Part shown: positions 55,599-64,000 of the stretch, piece after piece
Position numbering within the stretch: position 1 is the first letter of the stretch
How the letters are laid out: each line of letters starts with the position of its first letter
Source of the DNA: an uncultured delta proteobacterium
GTDB lineage: Bacteria > Desulfobacterota > Desulfobaccia > Desulfobaccales > 0-14-0-80-60-11
Length of the DNA stretch: 64,000 nt
NCBI GenBank assembly: GCA_963812015.1
Contig: CAWETI010000003.1
Span: 1,920,001-1,984,000, forward strand
Reading direction: 5' to 3'
The notes under the pieces: generated by a model
Database searches by the model: none
What the model was told of the DNA's origin: nothing
The model's input: only the letters and a program-made list of their open reading frames with translations
Translations under genes and position numbers: made by a program

Positions 55599-57470
55599 TT
55601 ATTCAGTGCAGACCAGGCGCAGGGCATAATTGGGTCTTTTGCGGGTCAAATTGGGATTATAATACGGGTCATGCTCGATATACCGCCCCCAGCGCTTTTG
55701 GAAATGGGCGGTTTCCGCCGCAAAGCTCCCGTAGAGGGGGGACTTGAGATGACTCATCAGATGTTTAAGCCCCCGGGTGGCGCTTTCCAGGTGATACAAT
55801 TGGGCGTAGGGGGTCCAGACCACCAGATAGCCTAATTCCCTGATTTTCAAACAAAAATCTATATCGTTATAGTTAATGGGAAAATGCCTGGCATCAAACC
55901 CGCCCACGCGCCGAAAGAGATCTTTCTTAAACAACATACAGGCGCCGGTGACGGCGCTGCAGTTTCTCGTCACATGGAGGAAATCAGCGTACCCGCCATG
56001 GTCCCGGGGAAAAAATTGAAAAGCATGGCCGACGCTTCCCCCGAGGCCGATGATCACCCCGGCGTGTTGAATCGTGTCATCAGGATAGAACAGTTTGGCC
56101 CCCACCACCCCGACTTCCGCCCGTTGGATATGTTCCACCATGGCGCTGAGCCAGCCGGAATTGATCACTTCAATGTCGTTATTGAGGCATAAGATATAAT
56201 TGCTTTCCGCCTGGTCGACGCCAAAATTGATAATTTCAGAATAGTTAAATTCTTTATTGAAATCATGGAGGGTTACCAAAGGGTTTTTTTGGATTTTCTC
56301 CAAGTATTCAAATGTCTCTGCCTCAGTACTTTGGTTATTTATTAAAATGATTTCATAGTTATGATAATCAGTCTTGTGAAAAATACTTTCCAGGCATCTT
56401 TGGAGTAATGCTCCTTTATCTTTAAAGGAAATCACCAGGCAAATTTTTGGTTGGTTTGGGATAGATCGCTTCAGGCGGTATAAACCTGGAGCAATGCCGT
56501 CACACACTTCACCTGCCAGTCCATTCCGTTGCATGTATTCCATCAGCGCCTTTTTGCCGGCGGCGTGGGCATACTGTTTCGCCTCCTGGTGATACGCCGC
56601 CGACCCCTTCAGCATGCGCCAGTGATATAGAATTTTAGGGATGTGGAAGATTTTCTCGGGACTGGTCGCCTCAATCAACCGCAGCACCAGATCATAGTCT
56701 TGGGAACCATCATAGCCCGCCCTAAAACCCCCGAGCCCCTCAATGATCTCTTTGCGGTACACTCCCAGATGGCAGGTGTACATCATCGACAAGAAGAGGT
56801 CAGGGGACCAGTCGGGCTTGAAGAAAGGCAACTGTCTTCTGCCCCGTTCACTGATTTTGTCTTCGTCGGAGTAAATGAAATCGGCCTCCGGGTGTTCATT
56901 CAGGACCTTAACCACCTCAAACAGGGCCAGGGGCGACAACTCGTCATCATGGTCCAGGAGGGCGATGAACTCCCCGGTGGCCATGGCCAGAGCGGCATTG
57001 GAGGCCCCGGCGATATGCCGGCAGCGAGTCCCCCACGAAATCTTGATCCTTGGGTCCCCACGGGCCTCCCAGCGCTTCAGACACTGGCGGGTGGCGGGAT
57101 TGGCCGAGGCGTCATCATGCAGGCACAATTCCCAATTGTCGTAGAACTGGCGAACCACAGAGTCGATGCACGCATCCAACCAGGCGGGGTCGACATTATA
57201 CACCGGGGTGAGCAAGGAAACCTTGGGCTTATAAAAGAATCGGGCTATTTCCTGTTTCAGGGCCGGCACCGGTCGCTTCTCGGTTTTGGCTACCCAAAAC
57301 CCGTAGCCCGCCAGACGCTGAAAATAGAGAAAACCCTGCTCCAGGAAAAATAACAGGTTGCCTCTTCTCAGTTCCCTGATCCCTTTCTGCACCATTCTTC
57401 CCCAACGATGACGCCCCAAGGTGCGCTGCTGGGAAGACCATTCTTTTGGGATCGAATCTTTGTTGTTCAT
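55599..57470 (-). CDS. GT2 glycosyltransferase with two GT2 domains
   Basis: LLTPVYN, DDAS, LLDHDDEL, YSDEDK, GSQDYDL, LNNDIEV, SAVTGAC, NDIDFCL, DPYYNPNL. Confidence 0.92.
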   Translation of the reverse strand: MNNKDSIPKEWSSQQRTLGRHRWGRMVQKGIRELRRGNLLFFLEQGFLYFQRLAGYGFWVAKTEKRPVPALKQEIARFFYKPKVSLLTPVYNVDPAWLDACIDSVVRQFYDNWELCLHDDASANPATRQCLKRWEARGDPRIKISWGTRCRHIAGASNAALAMATGEFIALLDHDDELSPLALFEVVKVLNEHPEADFIYSDEDKISERGRRQLPFFKPDWSPDLFLSMMYTCHLGVYRKEIIEGLGGFRAGYDGSQDYDLVLRLIEATSPEKIFHIPKILYHWRMLKGSAAYHQEAKQYAHAAGKKALMEYMQRNGLAGEVCDGIAPGLYRLKRSIPNQPKICLVISFKDKGALLQRCLESIFHKTDYHNYEIILINNQSTEAETFEYLEKIQKNPLVTLHDFNKEFNYSEIINFGVDQAESNYILCLNNDIEVINSGWLSAMVEHIQRAEVGVVGAKLFYPDDTIQHAGVIIGLGGSVGHAFQFFPRDHGGYADFLHVTRNCSAVTGACMLFKKDLFRRVGGFDARHFPINYNDIDFCLKIRELGYLVVWTPYAQLYHLESATRGLKHLMSHLKSPLYGSFAAETAHFQKRWGRYIEHDPYYNPNLTRKRPNYALRLVCTE

Positions 57471-57972
57471 AGAGATAGTTAGTCTCGACACTCTTGGCGC
57501 ATCCGGCCAAACAAGCCCGGCCGGGAGGGCTCCGGCGCCAAGGCATTACTTTGACGATGAGCGAAAGGTGGAGTTTTTCGGGGCAGGCCCAGAGGGGTCA
57601 CTCCCCCTACGATCTTAATACAGAATCTCCTGGAGGGAAAGTCCCTTCAAGACCTGTCTACCCTTTCTTCGACTATATGGCAAAGGTCAGCGATGGAAAG
57701 CGATCAAATGGATGGAGAATTTATCCGATTAATATCTGGAAGCCGGGCGAGATCAAAGATGGTCTCGCCCGATATACGCGGGTAAATGCTAGCCTTGTGA
57801 TCGGTGTTGAAGCATCAGTCAGTTAATCCTGTGATGGTCTGGTCCTCTACAATTTCCCAAAGTCAGGTGTTCGCCGGGGCCTTCACGTCCGACCCGAAGA
57901 GCGTCTTCCCGCCACCCCCCCAAGGGGGCCGGACAGCCGGGACGAAAAGCCCGGCTGCCGGCTTTCGTGCCG

Positions 57973-59241
57973 TTATTCCTCCATAATCAAGGCATCGGCC
58001 ACCATTTCCCAGATGTATTTCACCTCAATGGGTAGCTTGTACTTGACCTTCAGGTTCTTCATGATCTGGTCCCGGCAGTTGGAGCAGCCGGCGATGACCA
58101 GGTCCGCCCCGGTAGCCTCGATGTCCCGGGCCTTGAAGCCGCCGTGCTCGGTCTTTTCCTTCTCGAAGGGGCCCGGCCAGTTGCCGGCGCCGGCGCCGCA
58201 GCAGTAGCTTTCCATGCGGTTGTGGGGCATCTCCCGGAAATTTTGCATGTCGATGCAATAAGAGATGATCTTCCGGGCTTTCTCGAAGTTGGAGTCGTCT
58301 CCGAAGGCAAAGTAGGCGGAGCGGCCGTGCTTACAGGAGTCGTGCCAAGTGACGATGCGGCCTTCGTGCACGCTCTTGTCCACCTTGATCCGACCTTCCT
58401 CCAGCCACTCCAGCAGGACATCAAAGAAATAAACATAGTTGTGGCCGGTCCCGGGGCCGAACTCATCCTTGAAGTGTTTCTCGAGGTTCAAGCGGGTGCC
58501 GTAGGAAGCGCCGCCGCAGTCGGGCAGGATGAAAGTCTTGGCCTGGAGGCGTTTCATGTTCTCCACTTTGCGCCGGGCGATTTCCTTACTGGCCGCCATA
58601 TCGGCAGTAAAAATCCCCCAGTCCACCGATTCCCAGTTCTTGGCGGAGGTGGTCCAGTCGGCCTTGGCCGCATAAAAGATCTTCCACCACCACTTCATGT
58701 CGTCGGGTTCGGCGTAGGCCTCCTTGGAGTTCTGGAAGTGGAGGTAATCCGCCCCCACCTTCTCCACCGGCGTGACGAAGCCAGGGCAGCATTCTTCCGC
58801 CAGTTCCTCCCCCAACTCTTCCAGCAGGGTCACATAGTCATCCTCCGGGATGCCCATGTTGTTCCCGGTTTTTAGGACCATAGCAACCCCTTTGTGGAGG
58901 ACGCCGGGCACTTTGTCCCGGGGCCGGGCCGCCTTGGCCGCACCCCATACCTTGACCAGCTTAACGCCCATGGGGCAGCCGGCCACGCAACGTTCGCAGC
59001 CGGTGCAGATCCATACGAAGCGGGAGTCGATGAGCTCCTGGTCCATGCCGAACAGGGCCATGCGAATGGCCTTGCGGGCGTCCAGCCCCTCATCCTTGGT
59101 GCTCTCCATGCCCGTCAAGGGGCAGCCTCCCGAGCAGGTGCCGCAGGTATAACACGCATTCATGTGGGACTCGGGGAGAATATCGCGAAAGATGCTTTTA
59201 TGCCTTTTTTCTGCCAGATTGCTTAATTCCAAAAGTTCCAT
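57973..59241 (-). CDS. HdrD/GlcF-like (Fe-S)-binding CCG-domain protein
   Basis: CYTCGTCSGGCP, CTGCERCVAGCP, WHDSC, CCGAG, CSNC. Confidence 0.9.
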   Translation of the reverse strand: MELLELSNLAEKRHKSIFRDILPESHMNACYTCGTCSGGCPLTGMESTKDEGLDARKAIRMALFGMDQELIDSRFVWICTGCERCVAGCPMGVKLVKVWGAAKAARPRDKVPGVLHKGVAMVLKTGNNMGIPEDDYVTLLEELGEELAEECCPGFVTPVEKVGADYLHFQNSKEAYAEPDDMKWWWKIFYAAKADWTTSAKNWESVDWGIFTADMAASKEIARRKVENMKRLQAKTFILPDCGGASYGTRLNLEKHFKDEFGPGTGHNYVYFFDVLLEWLEEGRIKVDKSVHEGRIVTWHDSCKHGRSAYFAFGDDSNFEKARKIISYCIDMQNFREMPHNRMESYCCGAGAGNWPGPFEKEKTEHGGFKARDIEATGADLVIAGCSNCRDQIMKNLKVKYKLPIEVKYIWEMVADALIMEE

Positions 59242-59316
59242 GAGGTTGGTTCTCCTTGCTGATTTGATCAGTGCATGGGTTGTTAAGGAGTTGTTCGTAT
59301 GATGAGCCGCAGCATC

Positions 59317-59450
59317 TTACGCAGCCATGTTCTCTACCTTTACGGCGCCCAGCTTGAACTCAGGCATCTTAGCCACGGGACCCGGAACCCGGATGGTGAT
59401 AACCTGGCTGGCACGCTCGGCAACGTCAAATGCCGCCCCGGTCCAACCGG
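59317..59450 (-). pseudogene. Degenerate C-terminal remnant of a formate dehydrogenase/molybdopterin enzyme
   Basis: PVAKMPEFKLGAVKVE resembles the DP..K.PE(F/Y)K..AV.VE terminus of Fdh alpha subunits. No intact upstream frame. Confidence 0.45.
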
Positions 59451-59931
59451 GCCATGACTCCATCGCTGTGGGGTTTGGCTTACCCGGCATAAACCGGTGC
59501 TTATGCACCCCGGAAGCGTTGGTTGCCGGATGAGGCACAAGGGCCGTGCCTCGCGGCCGCCCCAACCTACCAGGCGCGAGAAAACCCAGAAAAATCCCAA
59601 CGATTCAGGCGATGATCGAGTCCAGGCCAACCGGCTGGACTGGCTGAAAGGAGGTGGAAACTTGGGGAGGTCCTACCGTGGAGGAGGGAATGCGGTTTTG
59701 ACCAAACTAACCGGAATCAGATCTAATCCCAGGTGATCCGCCCCGTCCCTTTCCAGCCTGATGGGTATCCAGAGCCTTGCCAAGGCTCTGCGGTCACCTG
59801 AGCTTCAGGATTTTTTCTTGTCAGGAATCATCGGCCGATACACCCGGTATCACCTCCTTTTTTAAGAAATTACGATCATTATAGAGGGATCAGCAGGCCA
59901 ATTCAACAATTTTCGCGGGTCACCCCCGGCT

Positions 59932-60114
59932 TTGCCAGGTCCCGGCAGGCCGGCCTCAAGGGGCCACGCCAATATTTTTTATACGGTGGCCGCGGGGGAG
60001 CTAACTCCTGGGCAGGGACAGGCATTGACGGCCATGCTGGAGGCATATCGGAAAGGGGTAGAACTGGCCGACATTGAGGCTCGGCTGCCGGCTTTGGAGG
60101 GCAGGATAAAGTGA
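59932..60114 (+). pseudogene. C-terminal fragment resembling DUF5681-type phage/element proteins
   Basis: VAAGELTPGQGQALTAMLEAYRKGVELADIEARLPALE. The N-terminal part is absent. Confidence 0.45.
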
Positions 60115-60367
60115 AAGGCAGGGGGGGAGATTGTTGAAACAGGAAAAGAAGCGGGGTAAAGGCGGGCTGAAAGTTTGTGTGCTGATCTTGTATAAAGGTG
60201 AGGCTATCCCCGAAATGAAAGACCTGGCCGTGCACTCAGACCCCGAGGCCACCATGATTTATTTCCATAACGACCCTAAACAAAAACAATTTTCGTAAGG
60301 TTGCAAAAATAAGGTCAAGTATTATGATACTGTTCGGGGAAAACGGATTCCGGAGGGATCAATACGC

Positions 60368-61348
60368 ATGAAAGTCCTTGTGACTGCAAGAATGCCTGAA
60401 GAGGTTTTATCCTTGATCGGCCAAGATCATCAGGTTGAGAGCTACGATGCAGATCCTCCCATTGACAGACAGAAGCTGCTTCGGAGTGTTGCGGACAAGG
60501 AGGGGCTCATTTGTACGATTACCGACCGAATCGATACGGAGGTGCTCGACCGCGCCTCGGCTCTCAAAGTGATTGCTAATTATGGGGTCGGCTTCGAGCA
60601 TATAGATGTTGAAGCCGCTACCCAACGAGGCATTCCGGTTACGAATACCCCAGGCGTGCTCACGGAAACGACGGCGGACCTGGCCTTTGCCTTGATCCTG
60701 GCAACCGCTCGCAGGGTCGTGGAAGGTGACAAAAGAGTCAGAGAGGGAAAGTTCCAATACTGGGCTCCTCTCCTTTTTTTGGGCCAGGAAGTGAGCGGCA
60801 AGACCCTGGGAATCATAGGTATGGGGCGGATTGGCCAAGCCGTGGCCAGAAGGGCCGCAGGATTCAGCATGAGGGTAATCTACCATAGCCGGACCCGGCT
60901 GGAGCCCATCGAAGAGCAAGATCTGAAGGTCTCTTTTGCGCCGTTGGAGACGTTGCTGCGGGAAGCCGATTTCGTAACCCTGCACGTCCCCCTGATGCCT
61001 CAGGCCCGGCACCTAATCGGCAGCCGAGAATTGGAACTCATGAAACCCTCGGCCTACCTCATCAACACGGCCCGAGGCCCGGTGGTCAATGAGGTGGCCC
61101 TCGTGGAAGCCTTGCGCCAGGGGCAGATTCGCGGAGCCGGCCTTGACGTTTATGAAAGAGAGCCGGAACTCAGCCAGGGTCTTTCTGACCTCGAGAACGT
61201 GGTTCTCCTGCCCCACGTGGGGAGTGCTACCGTTGAAACCCGTACCCGAATGGCTTTGATGGCAGCTGAAAATCTCTTGGCAGGACTCAGAGGCGATCTT
61301 CCCCCCAACTGCCTCAACTGGGTGGAACTCAAGAGAAATCCTGCATAA
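60368..61348 (+). CDS. D-glycerate dehydrogenase / glyoxylate-hydroxypyruvate reductase
   Basis: TNTPGVLTETTAD, GMGRIG, INTARG, GLDVYEREP, PHVGSAT. Confidence 0.93.
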   Translation: MKVLVTARMPEEVLSLIGQDHQVESYDADPPIDRQKLLRSVADKEGLICTITDRIDTEVLDRASALKVIANYGVGFEHIDVEAATQRGIPVTNTPGVLTETTADLAFALILATARRVVEGDKRVREGKFQYWAPLLFLGQEVSGKTLGIIGMGRIGQAVARRAAGFSMRVIYHSRTRLEPIEEQDLKVSFAPLETLLREADFVTLHVPLMPQARHLIGSRELELMKPSAYLINTARGPVVNEVALVEALRQGQIRGAGLDVYEREPELSQGLSDLENVVLLPHVGSATVETRTRMALMAAENLLAGLRGDLPPNCLNWVELKRNPA

Positions 61349-61376
61349 GGGCTTAACACTTACCAGCAGGCAGTCT

Positions 61377-62723
61377 ATGGAGTCCGGCAATCAGTCCATG
61401 GAAAAGAAACGGAAGGACCTTCTGATGGAAATCTTCAGCGCCGGGCTGCGCGCCGTTGATCCTGAAGCGGCCGTCCGCTCCCAGGTAAGCCGGCAGAGGA
61501 ATTGTCTGACCGTAGGGGGGCGGGCATACGACTTGAATGATTTCCGTCGGGTCATCCTCATCGGCGCCGGCAAGGCCACCGCTCTTATGGCCAAAGCCTT
61601 GGAGGAGCTGCTTGAGGATTGCCTCACCGAGGGCCTCATCCTGGTAAAGCATGGCTATGCAGTTCCCTTGAGAAAAACGCGGGTCATTGAGGCAGGTCAT
61701 CCCATTCCCGATCAATCCGGCCGGGAGGGAACCGAAGAGATTATCCGTCTGCTGAGTGCCTGTTCGGAGAAAGACCTGGCAGTCTGTGCCTTCTCAGGCG
61801 GTGCCAGCGCTTTGCTGCCCGCCCCCGTACCACCCCTTAACCTCTCCCAGAAACAATCGACCACACAGCTGCTTCTGGAATGCGGGGCCGAAATTGGTGA
61901 GATCAACAGCATCCGCAAGCATCTTTCCCGGAGCAAAGGCGGCGGACTGGCCCGAGCGGCTTATCCGGCAACCCTGATCTCCCTTATCCTCTCGGATGTG
62001 GTGGGGGACCGGCTCGACGTCATCGCTTCCGGCCCCACGGTGCCCGATGCTAGCCGGTTTGCGGACTGTCTCGGCATCGTGGAACGGTATGGACTTTCTT
62101 CCCGTTTGCCAGGCCCGGTGTGGCAGTACCTCAAGGACGGAGCTGCTGGCCTCTTGCCGGAAACCCCCAAGGACGGCGATCACATCTTCGATAAGGTCCA
62201 GAATGTCGTGGTGGGCAATAACCGTATGGCGCTGCTGGCCGCACGAGATCAGGCGGAAGCCTTGGGCTTTCGAGCGCTTCTGCTAACATCCGGTCTCGAG
62301 GGCGAGGCACATCAGGTGGGGCGGATGCTGGTGGCGCTGGGAAAAGAAGTAGATTTTTCAGGTCACCCTGTGGCTCCTCCTGCCTGTCTGCTCGCCGGAG
62401 GGGAGACTACCGTCACCTTGCGGAGCCAGGGGAAAGGCGGCCGCAACCAGGAGCTGGCCCTGGCCGCAGCCATTGCCCTGGAAGGCTTGGACCGCATCAG
62501 CCTGCTCAGTGCCGGCACCGATGGTACCGACGGCCCCACCGATGCAGCCGGGGCCTTCGTTGATGGCGCCACCTGCCAGAGGGCCCGCGCCCGGGGCCTC
62601 GATCCTGCGGACTTTCTGTCCCGCAATGATTCATACCATTTTTTCGAATCCCTGGGGGATTTGCTGATCACGGGCCCGACCCGGACGAACGTCATGGACA
62701 TCATCTGCTTGCTTATCGAATGA
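61377..62723 (+). CDS. Glycerate 2-kinase (MOFRL/TtuD-GckA family)
   Basis: GAGKA, AGHPIPD, SGGASAL, IASGPT, GGETTV, GGRNQE, GTDGTDG, TGPTRTNVMD. Confidence 0.94.
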   Translation: MESGNQSMEKKRKDLLMEIFSAGLRAVDPEAAVRSQVSRQRNCLTVGGRAYDLNDFRRVILIGAGKATALMAKALEELLEDCLTEGLILVKHGYAVPLRKTRVIEAGHPIPDQSGREGTEEIIRLLSACSEKDLAVCAFSGGASALLPAPVPPLNLSQKQSTTQLLLECGAEIGEINSIRKHLSRSKGGGLARAAYPATLISLILSDVVGDRLDVIASGPTVPDASRFADCLGIVERYGLSSRLPGPVWQYLKDGAAGLLPETPKDGDHIFDKVQNVVVGNNRMALLAARDQAEALGFRALLLTSGLEGEAHQVGRMLVALGKEVDFSGHPVAPPACLLAGGETTVTLRSQGKGGRNQELALAAAIALEGLDRISLLSAGTDGTDGPTDAAGAFVDGATCQRARARGLDPADFLSRNDSYHFFESLGDLLITGPTRTNVMDIICLLIE

Positions 62724-62776
62724 CCATTTCTTCATCGGTGTTGGGCGACTTTATTCGTTATAAAACCATGCTTCTC

Positions 62777-64000
62777 TCAGGGAATCTCTTGCGAGCCTTC
62801 GAAGGCGGCGGCGCTCTTCGGGGCAAAACGCACCCGTTCCCCGAGCCCCACGGTTACCAGCATCTCATTGGTGCGGCTGACCAACCCATGGAGCCAGGCG
62901 GCGGCGGTCTGCAAACGGCAATCTTCCTGGCATTCTTGGAGGACCAGGCCGGTAGCTCCCAATTCAAAAGGAGCCAGGAGGTCTTCCGGCTGGAGAATCT
63001 TCAGGCAATCCCACCACACCGTATCCGGAGCCTTGAGTTCCTCCCGGCTGGTCAGGCCACGCAAACAGGCAAAGGTTATCTCCCGGGGTCCTTTGCTGAG
63101 AATTGCCGTCACTTGGCGGCGCATTGCCGTGGGCCCCAGGCGCCGGATATTGATGGCGTAGGCGGGGCACTGGGACGCACACAGGCCACAGGCGATGCAG
63201 GTTTCCTCGGGAAACACCGCCTGATTTTCCATGTGGGGCACCAAAAAGGGGCAGCACCGCATACAGGTGAGACAAAGGACGCATTTGCGGTCAATCACCT
63301 CAGCCCCCCGGCCACAGTGCAGGCAGCGTCGGGCCTCGATCAAAGCATCTTTTTCCTCATAGACCACTTCGGCGCTGTCAAAATCCTTCAGCCGATCCGC
63401 CACCGGGCGCTCTTGGATGGGGCGGCTGGGGACACGGCAGATCCTGGCGGCCTGCTCCTTCGGCAACCTCGGGTTGGGCCGGGGACAGTCTTCCGACACG
63501 GTAAGGTACCGGCCGCTGCGGAGAAAATGGTCGATGGCCCCGGCAGCTTTCCGGCCGCTGGCCGCGGCGGCTACGGCCAGGGTGGGCCCGGTAAAGATTT
63601 CGCCCGCCAGAAATATGCCGGCCCCAAACACCCCGGGGAGCGAGGTGGCCATGGTCTGCCGGTCCACCCGCAACCCTGGTCCTGCCAATTCCAGCCCTTC
63701 CTGCAGGGCGGCGTCCAGTTCCGCCTCCTGTCCGATTGCAAAGATCACCGTATCTGCGGCCAGACGCTGGGTCCGCGTCTCATCGTAGGTGGGGGCAAAC
63801 CGGCCCATGTCATCGAAGAGGGAGGTGCAGGCCATCAATTCAATGCCCTGCACCCGCCCCCCCTCGGCCTGCACCACTTTGGGGGCCCATTGATAAATGA
63901 GGTCGATGATTTCTTCCTTGGTGCGTTCGGTTTCCACCGGCGATGCAAAAAGCTGATTGGGAGCTTCCATGCAAACCATCAACACTTCCGGAGCCCCCAG
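62777..64000 (-). CDS. GltD/NfnB-like FAD oxidoreductase with ferredoxin and C-terminal MvhD-like domain (5' end beyond the window)
   Basis: DTVIFAIGQ, AAAASGRKAA..ID, EARRCLHC, CVLCLTCMRCCP, CIACGLCASQCP, FAC...C...GATG...C...C. Confidence 0.85.
   Translation of the reverse strand: MGAPEVLMVCMEAPNQLFASPVETERTKEEIIDLIYQWAPKVVQAEGGRVQGIELMACTSLFDDMGRFAPTYDETRTQRLAADTVIFAIGQEAELDAALQEGLELAGPGLRVDRQTMATSLPGVFGAGIFLAGEIFTGPTLAVAAAASGRKAAGAIDHFLRSGRYLTVSEDCPRPNPRLPKEQAARICRVPSRPIQERPVADRLKDFDSAEVVYEEKDALIEARRCLHCGRGAEVIDRKCVLCLTCMRCCPFLVPHMENQAVFPEETCIACGLCASQCPAYAINIRRLGPTAMRRQVTAILSKGPREITFACLRGLTSREELKAPDTVWWDCLKILQPEDLLAPFELGATGLVLQECQEDCRLQTAAAWLHGLVSRTNEMLVTVGLGERVRFAPKSAAAFEGSQEIP

Noticed and set aside
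59780..59860. Possible selenocysteine read-through of a TGA after the strong SD
   Set aside because: No redox motif around the TGA, no clear SECIS, and the frame closes soon after.
1..64000. CRISPR array, rRNA, intact transposase or integrase
   Set aside because: No regularly spaced repeats or corresponding ORFs were seen.

Overview
GC-rich bacterial chromosome segment. Its gene content (RACo-type corrinoid activator, BcrAD-type CoA activase, HdrD-like and MvhD-fused Fe-S proteins, glycyl-radical enzyme) points to a strict anaerobe, probably Desulfobacterota/deltaproteobacterial (inference). Positions 1-18.2 kb hold core-like genes: prohibitin, HhH-GPD glycosylase, RACo, flavodoxin, TetR, radical SAM, CoA activase, DJ-1, scpB, priA and tRNA-Arg(ACG). 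An accessory mosaic starts directly after the tRNA. It contains AT-richer hypothetical genes and pseudogenes, a HAS-like GT2, two regulator-efflux modules, a PEP-utilising kinase-like protein, a STAND-type adenylate cyclase and a glycosyltransferase cluster. The most interesting locus is an uncharacterised non-PFL glycyl-radical enzyme operon (GRE, SCP2-like protein, activase). It is preceded by a ~230-nt multibranched inverted-repeat structure and lies divergent to an atypical DUF362-like gene. Several REP/MITE-like repeats are present. I saw no CRISPR array, rRNA, integrase or transposase. All calls come from reading motifs by eye, with no database searches.
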